From positions 1 to 56,648 of the IMG/VR virus record IMGVR_UViG_3300038678_000070: DNA of 56,648 bases; one strand, 5' to 3'. Below are positions 1 to 10,500 of this stretch, piece by piece. The notes under the pieces are model-generated. The model saw nothing but the letters and a program-made list of their open reading frames with translations. It did no database searches and had not been told where the DNA came from. Made by a program: the position numbers and the translations under genes. The first letter of the stretch is position 1. Each line of letters starts with the position of its first letter. The DNA is from a virus. Its lineage: Duplodnaviria; Caudoviricetes.

Positions 1-127
1 GCCGCGCAAATAGTCAGTATAATATTTCTAAACGATGGCGGAAGACATAATGGCTACTTGCAATTGCACAGGACAATGTAGAGATGGGAAAGGGTGCGGT
101 GGTACTAAATTTCAAGAGAAAGAGCCT
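1..127. repeat. Terminal direct repeat, left copy (probable circular-assembly overlap)
   Basis: Identical to 56522-56648; 127 nt equals a common assembler k-mer; the TerL 3' end reads across it. Confidence 0.95.
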
Positions 128-199
128 ATCCGGATTATTGATGAATGGTTAAGAGAAATAGACGAAGAAGAAAGAGAAGCCCTTAACGACGATTTTTAA
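50..199 (+). CDS. Small Cys-rich hypothetical protein (MATCNCTGQCRDGKGC..., 49 aa)
   Basis: Translated by hand; ATG overlaps the TerL stop (TAATG); below ORF-track cutoff. Confidence 0.55.
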   Translation: MATCNCTGQCRDGKGCGGTKFQEKEPIRIIDEWLREIDEEEREALNDDF

Positions 200-236
200 C
201 GGATACCTCTGTAACGACTGACGAAAGACAATCATA

Positions 237-770
237 ATGGATCTTATTGACAGATTTGAAGATAAGTATATCCCCGAGCCTAATAGCGGATGCTGGATAT
301 GGACGGCAAGTTGTAATAATGGTGGTTATGGAAGTTTTGGCGTAGGCAACAAAAAGCACATGTCAGCGCATAGGTTTTCCTATACATACCATAAAGGCCC
401 AATCCCAATCGGCCTAGAACTCGATCATCTATGTCGTGTCCGTTGTTGTGTAAATCCAGATCATCTTGAGCCTGTGACGCGCCGTGAAAACGTAAGGAGA
501 GGCATTAGCGGGGAAGTGACCGCCAGACGACAGAGGATGAAGACCCATTGCCCAAAAGGACACCCATATTCAGGGGCAAACCTGTATATAAGGAAAAACG
601 GAGGCCGGCTATGCAAGCGATGCAGAGCAGATGGCGAAGCTAAAGCCTTGATCGCAGACCCAGATCGGGTGCGTGCCAGAAAAAGAAAGGATGCACGAAA
701 ACATGCGCCAACCAGAAAAGCGCAACAAAAAAGATGGAGAGAAAGACAAGCACCCAACACATTGGGTTGA
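237..770 (+). CDS. HNH endonuclease
   Basis: CWIW...AHRFSY...LDHLCRVRCCVNPDHLEPVTRREN, followed by THCPKGHPY...CKRC. Confidence 0.9.
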   Translation: MDLIDRFEDKYIPEPNSGCWIWTASCNNGGYGSFGVGNKKHMSAHRFSYTYHKGPIPIGLELDHLCRVRCCVNPDHLEPVTRRENVRRGISGEVTARRQRMKTHCPKGHPYSGANLYIRKNGGRLCKRCRADGEAKALIADPDRVRARKRKDARKHAPTRKAQQKRWRERQAPNTLG

Positions 771-923
771 ACCTAATGCACAAGAAATCGAGAATGGTTG
801 GAATTGGGTATCGTTAAATAGATACCTTGATGACCGCAAGAAGGCTCAACTCGTAAATGCTTCTAAACCACAGGAGCCGGAGCGTCCGTCTATGCAAAAT
901 AACCGATATAATCCTCACAAATT

Positions 924-1202
924 ATGGGGGAGATGATGGCTTTAATGCTTGTATGCAGGAAATGCGATATTCCAAAGGACAAATGCTCATGTGATCCTAC
1001 GGTATGTTATAGATGTCTGGTAGATTTTGGGCAATGCACTTGCCCTTGGAGTATTATTGTGTCAGAGGGCTGGACGTTCGGCACGATAACGCATGAACAG
1101 CTAAAAAAAGCTCGTGTCGATAATAGACAAAGACTCTTGACTATCGGCGCGATTAAAGATGTCGCTAAGATGAAGCGAGAAGCAATGCTGGTGTCGCCGT
1201 GA
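924..1202 (+). CDS. Cys-rich hypothetical protein
   Basis: ORF track; several CxxC/CxC motifs; coupled to next gene; start uncertain. Confidence 0.55.
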   Translation: MGEMMALMLVCRKCDIPKDKCSCDPTVCYRCLVDFGQCTCPWSIIVSEGWTFGTITHEQLKKARVDNRQRLLTIGAIKDVAKMKREAMLVSP

Positions 1203-1576
1203 TTGCCCTTGTTATTTTTCACGACAAAGACAGTTCGCACGTCTTTAGCTGGACGCTGAAAAAAGGCTTCAAGCACGTTCTCGTCTGCTTGCAGTCGGAT
1301 GACGTGTGGATTGAACTTGATTATCTTGGAGGTAAGCCGGAGGTCAGGACTATGGCTCCGAAATGCGAGGACATGAAGGAATATTATGAAAGTTACGGGT
1401 TCACGGTTGTAACCACTGTCCAAAAAAGATTAGATACTAAAGTGCGCTCGTTATTCAGGTTCCCGTTCCTTATAAATAACTGCGTTGGGTTAGCTCAATC
1501 CATTCTTGGTATCACAGGATTATTTATCACCCCGTGGAGCCTATATAAGCATATAACAAAAAAAGATACACCGTGA
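1199..1576 (+). CDS. Possible permuted papain-like (NlpC/P60-type) protein
   Basis: His (GFKHV) precedes Cys (NNCV), with C-terminal TPxxLY. Confidence 0.5.
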   Translation: MIALVIFHDKDSSHVFSWTLKKGFKHVLVCLQSDDVWIELDYLGGKPEVRTMAPKCEDMKEYYESYGFTVVTTVQKRLDTKVRSLFRFPFLINNCVGLAQSILGITGLFITPWSLYKHITKKDTP

Positions 1577-1601
1577 AAAAAAGTGTATCTTTTTGTTGAC
1601 A
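1561..1601 (+). promoter_or_regulatory. Inverted GTGTATCTTTT motif pair plus TTGACA upstream of the head operon
   Basis: AAAAGATACAC...GTGTATCTTTT; TTGACA at 1596-1601; 16-mer also at 12513-12528. Confidence 0.5.
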
Positions 1602-1645
1602 TACTGTGTTATGCTCCTCTGGTCTACTAATTTAAGGACGTAATT

Positions 1646-1888
1646 ATGAGCATATTCCCTGGATCGTCTTTGTTTTCATCACCTAAAAGGCCGGAGTTGC
1701 CACCAGCTCCACCGCCGACACCAACTCGGGATGACCCTGCTATTGCGCAGGCGGCTAGAGAGAAGGCTCGCAGGATACAAGCGCAGAAGCGTGGACTTGC
1801 AGCTACTATTCTTACAGGTAGTCGTGGGGATTTAGACCTTGGCACATCTGAGGCCACTGAATCTGGTCGAGCTAAACTATTAGGATAA
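1646..1888 (+). CDS. Small putative virion protein upstream of portal (paralog 1)
   Basis: Pro-rich, RGLAATILT...KLLG C-terminus typical of small pre-portal podovirus genes. Confidence 0.7.
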   Translation: MSIFPGSSLFSSPKRPELPPAPPPTPTRDDPAIAQAAREKARRIQAQKRGLAATILTGSRGDLDLGTSEATESGRAKLLG

Positions 1889-1892
1889 AGAT

Positions 1893-2186
1893 ATGAGTAT
1901 ATTCCCAGGAAAATCGGCCTTATCTATCGCAAAGAAGGGTTTTACTGCTCCTATTAAGCTTTTTCAAGGTAAAAATCCATTTGGAAGTGGCAAAAGAAAT
2001 AAGGACACTCCTGCGCCGGTAATAGCATCCGGCCCTACGGAGACGCCAGCTGTGACGGGGGAAATTTTAAACACGGACATCAACACCATCAAACGTCGCC
2101 GTGCCACCGCATCAGCGAAAGCGTCGGCTCGGTCGGCACTTGGTACATCAGCAGGCGTCACGTCAAGTTCTAAACTCTTAGGATAA
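1893..2186 (+). CDS. Small putative virion protein upstream of portal (paralog 2)
   Basis: Shares MSIFPG start and KLLG end with 1646-1888. Confidence 0.65.
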   Translation: MSIFPGKSALSIAKKGFTAPIKLFQGKNPFGSGKRNKDTPAPVIASGPTETPAVTGEILNTDINTIKRRRATASAKASARSALGTSAGVTSSSKLLG

Positions 2187-2189
2187 GAT

Positions 2190-3860
2190 ATGCCAGAAGA
2201 CGATAAAGATCGGATATCAAAAATATGTAAGCGGTTTGATTCGGCTAAGTCAGGCCGAATGGAGCTTGATTCCCATCTTGAGGATATTACACGGGTTCTC
2301 AGCCCACGCAGACAAGGGTTCACGTCTGATCCTGAAGATGGAGATCGTCGGAATGACGAAATATTTGACGGAACCGGAATGCAGGGCAAGCGTAGCCTAG
2401 CAAATACACTTGGCTCAATGATACGCCCTGAAGGGGCGGTCTTCGCCAAGGTACAGATGGAAGACGACAGTCTTGCGAATGACGAGCAAGCCGCCTTTTG
2501 GCTGGCTGATACTACAGAGCGTCTTGACGCTGGAATCAGAAACCCGAAAGCTCGGTTAAGGCAGGCCGCAGGAGAGGTCGATGACGACCTTGTAGCGCTA
2601 GGAACAGGCGTGATGTCAATGGGCTTGAGCCGTACCGGGAATCATCTTATCTATCAGTCGCTCTGGCTAGGAAACTCTTATCCGTTGTGGGATGACGAGG
2701 GCAATCTTCATGGCATGTTCCGCACTAAAACATACCGAATTTGGCAAGCCATAGACCGATTTGGAAAAGAAAATCTGTCAAAGAAAACAAGGGAACTGAT
2801 TGATGCTGGCAAGCTAGATGAAAAGATAGAAGTGTTACACGCCACCCTGCCGAGAAATCAGATGAATCTTATTGGGGGTGTCTTCCGTAAAAATATGCCT
2901 TGGGCTGATCTCTGGATTGATAAACGCGAGAAGCATATCATCGAAGAGGGCGGCCACATGGAGATGCCGTTTATAGCTCCTCGGTGGGACACATCCTCCG
3001 GCGAAGATTACGGTCGTAGCCCAGGGATGGTGGCGTTGCCTGATGTGAACACATCTCAGGCCATGCAAGAAACAATGCTAGTGGCAGGACAAAGAAATAC
3101 CGACCCGCCTATTATGGCTCCGGGCGATGGTTCGTTTGAGGCGTTGAATACGTTCCCTGGCGGGATATCATATTATGACCCTGAGACAGCCGCTTTGGTT
3201 GGAGGCAACCCATTCTTCCCATTAGCGTCAGGGGCCAATCTGCCTCTGACAAGAGATATGCAACAGGACACGAGAGAGATGATCCTGGCGGCATTCTTTA
3301 AAAACATATTGAACCTCCCGGTTGACGGGCCGCAAATGACGGCTACCGAAATCATACAGCGTAAGGACGAGTTCATCCGTGAGGTAGGCGCGGTTTTCGG
3401 GCGACTAGAGGCCGATTACAACCAGCCTATTGCGGAGAGGTCGTTCAATATAATGTTAAGAGCTGGCGCATTTCTCCCCGTGCCGGAGGTTCTTCAAGGA
3501 CAGAATATTAAATTTGAGTTTGAGCTTCCTGTGACAAAGATCAGGAAGCAGGTTGAGGCCGCCGCTGGTCAAGAGTGGGCAAGAGGTATTTTTGAGATGT
3601 CAGCAGTTCTACCAGAGATGAAACATCTGGTGAACGGGGATGCTTTGGGTAGATTCTCTCACGACGCGCTTGGCTTGCCGCATGAGATCATCAATTCACC
3701 AGAATTCATACAAGAAAAAGTACAAGCAGAACAGGAAGCCGAAGCCGCGCAACAGGAGATGCTTCAGGCGGAACAGATGGCTAACGTGATAGACAAGGGC
3801 GCAGGAGCATTGAAGAAAGCTAATTTAGTTGAGGAGGGTCAACCGGCTCCAGCCGGGTAA
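2190..3860 (+). CDS. Portal (head-to-tail connector), T7 gp8-like
   Basis: 556 aa; PRW..SGEDYGRSPGM.ALPD and MTATEI..R motifs. Confidence 0.93.
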   Translation: MPEDDKDRISKICKRFDSAKSGRMELDSHLEDITRVLSPRRQGFTSDPEDGDRRNDEIFDGTGMQGKRSLANTLGSMIRPEGAVFAKVQMEDDSLANDEQAAFWLADTTERLDAGIRNPKARLRQAAGEVDDDLVALGTGVMSMGLSRTGNHLIYQSLWLGNSYPLWDDEGNLHGMFRTKTYRIWQAIDRFGKENLSKKTRELIDAGKLDEKIEVLHATLPRNQMNLIGGVFRKNMPWADLWIDKREKHIIEEGGHMEMPFIAPRWDTSSGEDYGRSPGMVALPDVNTSQAMQETMLVAGQRNTDPPIMAPGDGSFEALNTFPGGISYYDPETAALVGGNPFFPLASGANLPLTRDMQQDTREMILAAFFKNILNLPVDGPQMTATEIIQRKDEFIREVGAVFGRLEADYNQPIAERSFNIMLRAGAFLPVPEVLQGQNIKFEFELPVTKIRKQVEAAAGQEWARGIFEMSAVLPEMKHLVNGDALGRFSHDALGLPHEIINSPEFIQEKVQAEQEAEAAQQEMLQAEQMANVIDKGAGALKKANLVEEGQPAPAG

Positions 3861-3861
3861 T

Positions 3862-4584
3862 ATGAAGATCGCAATTCTTGGTTTTGGGCCATCGCAGAGT
3901 AAAGCCCCTTGGGAAGACAAATCCTGGGAGAAATGGGGACTCCCGTGGTGTCAGAGATGGGAGGAATATACTCGTTTATTTGAGATGCACTCTCAAGTTT
4001 TATTGAACCTCCAGAATGCTTTCATATTAAAAGAATTCTGGGACGGTGAGAAAATTTATAGCACCAAGAACCGTTCGACAGATTACGGGTCACGTTTACT
4101 CGGGCTTGCAAAAGACCCGAGTAAAAAACTGTATATGCAGGAACCCTTGGAGGGGGTTGATGTTTATCCTTACGATGAAATTATTCCTATGGTTGGTGAT
4201 TACTTCACATCTTCTATCTCTTATATGGTTGCACTTGCGATTCTTGAGATTAAAAAGAAGGGAGATCCAGAGAACACTATCGGGATCTGGGGCGTTGATC
4301 TAAAAGACGATCAGGAATGGTTTTACCAGCGTCCTAATTTAGAGTACCTAGTGGGATTTGCCAAAGGCATGGGGATAAAAACGATGATCCCTGACGAGTC
4401 AAGATTATTTGGGTTCCCTGAGCACGCCATCAGCTTTGGTGGAATCATGGTGACGTACAGCAAAAGATACGGGATGCTGGGAGATCAACCGCAGGAGTTC
4501 CAGAGGCGGGCTATGCCTCCGCAACTATATAATGGCGACATGGAAAAATATTTTAAAAGTGAAAAGGAGATAGGCGATGGCTAG
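3862..4584 (+). CDS. Hypothetical protein, possible Rossmann-like transferase (DUF115/sialyltransferase-like)
   Basis: N-terminal KIAILGxGPS; TSSISYM.ALA; IGIWGVD; start moved to the ATG after the portal stop. Confidence 0.5.
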   Translation: MKIAILGFGPSQSKAPWEDKSWEKWGLPWCQRWEEYTRLFEMHSQVLLNLQNAFILKEFWDGEKIYSTKNRSTDYGSRLLGLAKDPSKKLYMQEPLEGVDVYPYDEIIPMVGDYFTSSISYMVALAILEIKKKGDPENTIGIWGVDLKDDQEWFYQRPNLEYLVGFAKGMGIKTMIPDESRLFGFPEHAISFGGIMVTYSKRYGMLGDQPQEFQRRAMPPQLYNGDMEKYFKSEKEIGDG

Positions 4585-4870
4585 CCTTCAATTAAGTGTT
4601 TTCAGCAACGCGAGTTCTACTGCGGCGGGGGATGTATTGCAAGAGGAAGTTGTTAATATCAGCAACTCGTCAGTCCAGTCTAATGTGATTGTCGGATCAA
4701 ACAACTACCGTGTTGTCCGAATGTATGCTGACGTTGACTGCTTTGTGACATGGGGGTCGGATCCAACGGCACTAAGCGATGGCACGGATGGCAGGTTTAT
4801 CGGCGCGAATAACCCTGAATATTTTCGATTGCAAGCCGGTGAAAAGGTCGCAACAATTGAGCGAGTATAA
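4577..4870 (+). CDS. Small beta-rich putative virion protein
   Basis: ORF track, GGAG RBS, beta-strand composition. Confidence 0.6.
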   Translation: MASLQLSVFSNASSTAAGDVLQEEVVNISNSSVQSNVIVGSNNYRVVRMYADVDCFVTWGSDPTALSDGTDGRFIGANNPEYFRLQAGEKVATIERV

Positions 4871-4888
4871 AAAGGAGAGGACTGTATT

Positions 4889-5455
4889 ATGTTGAGTACT
4901 ACCGGAAGTTTAAAGACACTGATCCGCCCATCTTCTGAAGCGATAGTCGAGGGTACACGGTTGCTCTCTGCTCTTGGTGGCGGAGATAAGGCGGTTAGAA
5001 AAGCCTTAAAAGAAATGCTTGACATACAGACCCATAATGAGGCTGTCGCAAAAGAAACAAAAGCACGGATTACTGATCTTAGCAAGCGCGAGCGGATCTT
5101 GTCTAAAGAACGAGACGAGCTTCAGATGAGTATTATCAGCGATGCAAAAGATAGGGCGAAGTCTTACTCGCATCTTAAGATGCTTCAGGGCAGGCTGACT
5201 ATCCGAGAAAAAGATTTTGAAAGCAACTGCTGGGAATACGACAAGAAACTCCATGCAGATCAAAAGATTGCTTTGGACATGAAAGAAGCAAACGAACAGC
5301 TCAAGGCAAAGATGGACGGGGAGATTTCAAGGCTGAGTGTCTCGATCACAAAGCACAATATGTCTGAAAAAGAATATATCAGGAAGAAGTCAAGACTAGA
5401 TCAAGCTATGGCTGGGATTAAAAAAGTTTTTGAGCGGTTAGACGGCAACTATTAG
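4889..5455 (+). CDS. Coiled-coil hypothetical protein
   Basis: K/E-rich helical pattern; good RBS. Confidence 0.6.
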   Translation: MLSTTGSLKTLIRPSSEAIVEGTRLLSALGGGDKAVRKALKEMLDIQTHNEAVAKETKARITDLSKRERILSKERDELQMSIISDAKDRAKSYSHLKMLQGRLTIREKDFESNCWEYDKKLHADQKIALDMKEANEQLKAKMDGEISRLSVSITKHNMSEKEYIRKKSRLDQAMAGIKKVFERLDGNY

Positions 5456-5475
5456 TTAATAATGGAGGAGCTGTA

Positions 5476-5730
5476 ATGGCAGTTATATGGACAGTTGATA
5501 GTCATCACACCGCCGGGGCCAGGCGTTACGTGACGTTAAAAAGAATGGTTGATGGTAATGTGGATACTGCTCAAACCATCTCCGGGAGATTTCACGTAAA
5601 CGATACGAAACTTGAAATCAAAGCCAAATTTAAAGAGAATTATTTAGCGGAAAAGGCACGGAGAATCGCATTGAACTCAGTTATAAAAGATTCTGATCTC
5701 TCTAGTTTTGAATCTGAGGTAAATAGCTAA
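5476..5730 (+). CDS. Hypothetical protein
   Basis: GGAGGAG RBS; coupled to next gene. Confidence 0.65.
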   Translation: MAVIWTVDSHHTAGARRYVTLKRMVDGNVDTAQTISGRFHVNDTKLEIKAKFKENYLAEKARRIALNSVIKDSDLSSFESEVNS

Positions 5731-6221
5731 TGGCAAATTTAATACTTGGGACTACTGGAACCCCGGTTGCGTGGACAGATAGCACTGGTGACTTAGCTAT
5801 GACCCTTAATAACTTAGCGGCGGGTGCTGGCAGGCAAGGTGCAATTAAAAGTTTCGGGACAGCAGATAAAGCCAATCGGTATATGTGGAGAGCATTTGTT
5901 CAGTTCGCAACTGCTCCTGTCGTTGGAGAGAGCGTGGAGATTTACCTCAAGACTTCTGATGGAACCCACCCAGACAACGATGACGGGACAGGCGATATTG
6001 CTGTCAGCGCGGAGGATAAATTGAAAAATCTGATGTATATCGGATCAATTATTGTGGATGAGGCTGCCACTGGTGTAAAGATGGTAGCTCAGGGGTTTAT
6101 TGATAATTTGGATGTGGATAACGTGATGCCAATTTTCTTCAACCAAACGGCTGATAACCTTGTAGCCACAGATAATTTAAACGGTTTTATAATCACGCCG
6201 ATGCCTTTTGAAATTCAATAG
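5730..6221 (+). CDS. Putative virion structural protein
   Basis: Beta-rich, acidic, T/A/G-rich; TAATG coupling. Confidence 0.6.
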   Translation: MANLILGTTGTPVAWTDSTGDLAMTLNNLAAGAGRQGAIKSFGTADKANRYMWRAFVQFATAPVVGESVEIYLKTSDGTHPDNDDGTGDIAVSAEDKLKNLMYIGSIIVDEAATGVKMVAQGFIDNLDVDNVMPIFFNQTADNLVATDNLNGFIITPMPFEIQ

Positions 6222-6223
6222 TC

Positions 6224-7057
6224 ATGAGTTTGATAATAAAGCCTCATAGTCCGTCTTTTCCGAGGTATGACCAGAATCATTCTCTGGCTAAGGGGCTGAT
6301 TTTCGCAACCACACCCGGAGGGCACCAGAGAACTAATCTGCTGAATGGGGACCAAGGGACTTTGCACGCTAGCGGGTCTTGGTCCGGACGAACTGAGATT
6401 GGATCAGCTCTTGAATCAGCTTCATCGACCGCAGGAGGTGCTTATTGGCCTTCAACACCAGCAGTTGAGAGTATTGGTCCTAATCACACTGTACTGGTTT
6501 GGGCAAATGTTATTACATCTGCAAAAGATTCTAACCTGTTGTGTGTGCCGTCCAGAAATGGAAGTTGGACCACTCCATTCGCGGGGATCAGGCTTGCCCG
6601 AAGGAATGATACGAATGGGCGGTTCACGAAAGATGTTGGGGGAGTAAATGACGCGGTTGAATCTGATGCTGGGTTTATAGATAGCAACGATGGGTTTAAT
6701 TTATATGGTGCAACCGCAGAAGGGCAAACAGTAACTTTTTATAGGAACGGTTTTCAACATGGGGGCACAAAGTCGTATGCTAGTGCTGGCGCGCCTGAGT
6801 TTATTGAAACAACAACGGTAAATTTAATGAATCGCTCTGATTCATCCCCTGCGGAGGGGCTTATTGGTTCATGCCCTATGGCGTTAATTTGGAATAGGGT
6901 ACTCACTCAACGTGAGATATATCAAGTCTATCTTGACCCTTGGGGGCTTATAAAGGTTTCCCGCCACCCTTTCGCCCGAGTACCAGTGATATTATCAAAT
7001 CCTAAAGGCCCACTTGGGCATCCACTGCACGGGCCATTTGGAGGGCCGATTTCATAA
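6224..7057 (+). CDS. Concanavalin A/LamG-like lectin domain protein
   Basis: TVLVW...VTFYRNG...IWNRVLTQREIYQVY pattern of LamG-like folds. Confidence 0.75.
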   Translation: MSLIIKPHSPSFPRYDQNHSLAKGLIFATTPGGHQRTNLLNGDQGTLHASGSWSGRTEIGSALESASSTAGGAYWPSTPAVESIGPNHTVLVWANVITSAKDSNLLCVPSRNGSWTTPFAGIRLARRNDTNGRFTKDVGGVNDAVESDAGFIDSNDGFNLYGATAEGQTVTFYRNGFQHGGTKSYASAGAPEFIETTTVNLMNRSDSSPAEGLIGSCPMALIWNRVLTQREIYQVYLDPWGLIKVSRHPFARVPVILSNPKGPLGHPLHGPFGGPIS

Positions 7058-7533
7058 TGCCTTATAAAAACCCAGAAGCAAGAGCGGATTGCAAGCGGAG
7101 ATGGGCCAAGGCAAACCCGGAAAAGGTTCTAGCAACCCAAAAGAAATACTATGAGGCCAATAAAGTGCAGGTGCTGACTTTGGCGCGGGATTATTACAAG
7201 GCTAACCCAGAAGTAAGGGCGGCCACCTGTAGAAAATATTATAAGGGCAATAAAGAAGAAATCCTCGCCCGTAACAAGAGATGGGCTAAAGCTAACCCCG
7301 GCAAGGTGAACGCTAGGGGGGCTAAATATCGCGCAGACAGGCTTCAAAGAACACCGTCGTGGGCTGACATGGAGGCCATAAAGCGCTTTTACGAGTGTTG
7401 CCCTAGCGGACACGAGGTAGACCATATCATTCCCTTAAAAGGGAAGAACATTAGCGGCCTTCACATTGCGGAAAATCTCCAATGGCTAACTGTATCAGAA
7501 AATCGGCAAAAAGGTAATAGGTGTAATCTATGA
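7057..7533 (+). CDS. HNH endonuclease
   Basis: TPSWAD...HEVDHIIPLKGKNISGLHIAENLQWLT..EN..K.N; N-terminal basic helical repeats. Confidence 0.9.
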   Translation: MPYKNPEARADCKRRWAKANPEKVLATQKKYYEANKVQVLTLARDYYKANPEVRAATCRKYYKGNKEEILARNKRWAKANPGKVNARGAKYRADRLQRTPSWADMEAIKRFYECCPSGHEVDHIIPLKGKNISGLHIAENLQWLTVSENRQKGNRCNL

Positions 7534-10500
7534 TTAGTTATTTTGGAGATTTTGCTGAGGATGATACGGTTTTAATACCGTTTAACACCTTCAGCAGTGA
7601 CGATCCATCAGCCTCGGTTACTATCACAAACTTGGCTGACGCTGACATCAAGGTCCATAAGGATGCCAGTCTGACCCAGATAGTTACCGATGGGGCAACT
7701 GTGGTCATCAACTTTGACAGCATCACCGGTAATCACATGGTGACAATTGACACCAGTGCTGACGCCGCTTACGCTACCGGGTCTGAATACGCAGTCAGAG
7801 TTGAAGGGACAACGGTTGACGGTGGAACTATCAACGCATGGATCGGGGCATTCTCTATCGAACGAGCTGGAGGAGCCTTGGCTGTTACTAAGTTGATTCA
7901 AGCCGCTGTCATCACGAACGCCGCAGGAGATGATGTTGCCGCTGATATCATCGCTATCAAAGCTGAGACAGCTACTATTGTGGCGGATACGAATGAACTG
8001 CAAGGGGATGATGTGCCGGGCTTGATAGCGGCTGTGCAGTCAGACACCGATGATATTCAAACTCGCCTTCCGGCTGCTCTAGTTGGCGGTCTTATGTCAT
8101 CCGATGTGACGGCAATCAGCACAGACACAACTGCCGCAGACAATCTTGAGCTCCAATACGATACAACGGGTTTGACCGGGGATACTTTCCCTGCCACACA
8201 GAGCCAAGCCAACGCAACCAGCGCAAGTGCTGGAGGAAGTGTGAATATCGCGGCAACGCATGACAATACAATCACCGACACGATAGATAATGCGGGGGCT
8301 GTTGATAAGGGTTCCGGCCTTGTTGGTATCCCAGTTACAGGGCACGCCTTCATTGCGGGAAATGAGGTCACGATAGCCGGAACTACAAATTACAATGGCG
8401 TGGAGGATATTGTAAGTCAGACTACTAATGAAATTGTCATAACAGCGTCGTTCGTTTCAGAGACTTTTGGTGGCTCAGAAACAATAGTCTCATCCATCAA
8501 GGGTGTTGTATTCGTGGGTTCTGTCCAAAGTGGTACTTTCTCTGCCACTCAAGCTGTAGATGGCGTTTACCATGATATTGATGATGTTGGCAACGTGATT
8601 GATGTTGTATATGAGTACGCTGTTGGCGGTGGCCGGGCGGCGAATCAACTAATTCTTACAGGTTTTGCTCAAGGAAACGGAGACGTAATAACGACCCAGA
8701 TATACGATTTTGTTGGTGCTGATTGGGAGACTATTGGCGTTATCACCGGGGCAAACGGAACAGCCAATATAGTTGTTGATCCTAGAATTTTGTTGAAGCA
8801 TACGGGTACTGGTTCAGATTTAGGGAAAGTTTATATAAGACTCATATCGCTAGCCACAACCCCATCCAATCTCAGTGTTGATGGAAGTACTATTTCCGCA
8901 GTCAGCATAAATCAGACAGCGGGCTACCAGGATGGGCAAGTCTGGGTTAATACAGTTGGCGGAACAGCAGGAACTGAAATCAATGTTAATGGGGTGGCCG
9001 ATAACGCAGTTTTAAGCATTGGAGACGCTTTTACTATCGCGTCAGCTTTGACGCTCAGTGATTTCCACATCATAAATGGGTCAACCATAACGCTTACGGC
9101 ATCTACTGTAAATAAATCGTTCTTTGGCGATAACTGGACATTGGCTCTTGGTGGGCAAAATATAGCTGGGTCTTATTTTGAAGGCTCTAATGTGGTTACG
9201 GGGGTAGGTGTATCGGCGGCGGAAGTCCGTTTTGATAATTGTGAATTTGGGACTGCTTCTGTTCAGCTATTACACGCAGAATCCTGTAGCTTCACTAGCA
9301 CAGTAACAATGACTCTGGCAGGCGATTATCATATTATCAACAGTCAATCAGGAGTCGCGGGCGCCGGAGGGCCGACTTTTACAAAAACAGCAGGGCAAAC
9401 TATCACTACCGAGTGGAGAAGATGGTCGGGTACTCTTACAGTGTCAGGTTTAGAGGCAGGGGATGTGATTACCATCAGTGGTGAACTCGGAACCGTTACA
9501 TTAAACGGAGCCGATGCGTCCGTTGAGATTCGCGGAACCTATAAAGCGTTGGTAAATAACCTCACCGGAAGCCCAACAGTCAACACGGATGGGGCTATCA
9601 AAGGCGTTGATGTTGCGTCAACTCTCGCTGACACAGTAGACATACAATCCCGCCTCCCTGCCGCTCTTGTGAATAGCCGCATGGACAGCACGATTGATGC
9701 TACTGGGTTTGAAGATGCCGCAGTAGATAAAGTTTGGGATGAGGCTCTAACTGGAGCAACTCATGATGTGTCTAATTCGGCTGGTCGTCGTCTTCGCAAG
9801 TTAAATGAAGGATTGGTTTCGACAGATTCTGCTGTTGATGATCCTGGGGCCGCCGCTACAACGACAGTGTTTAATACAGATTTAACCGAGGTCGATGATT
9901 TCTGGAATGACGGTGTGGTGGTATTTACTTCTGGCGCATTAACTGGACAAGCGCGTCCGATTTTGGATTTTGCTAACACTAATGGGCAGATTACTTTGGA
10001 TGAAGTTTTAACATCAGCACCTAGCAACAACGATGGATTTCTTATTGTTGCTACACATATCCACCCAGTATCACAAATTGCTGACGGAGTGTGGGACGAG
10101 GCTACAAGCGGCCATACAACCGCAGGGACAACCGGGAAAGCTCTCAGCGATGTCCTTGTAGACACCAGCACCACATTACAGGGCGAGCTAGACGGGATTC
10201 AGGCTGACACAGAGGATATCCAATCTCGCCTGCCAGCGGCATTATCCAGCGGGAACATGAAGTCAGACTTGCTGGCAATCAGCACAAGTTCTACCGCCGC
10301 TGACAACCTTGAGAAGTCAGCATTGCAAATTATTCCTGGGATAGCAGCAGGAACGCCAAGCACCACAGTTATAAACACCGACCTTGCGGGTGGCGATGAT
10401 ATCTACATCGGCAGGACAGTTATTTTCACAAGTGGTGCGGCTATAAATGAAGCAACAGATATAACGGACTTTGCCGATACAGATGGCGTACTGACCGTGA

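Noticed and set aside
673-936. ORF overlapping the HNH 3' end
   Set aside because: May be a real short gene, but start and function cannot be supported
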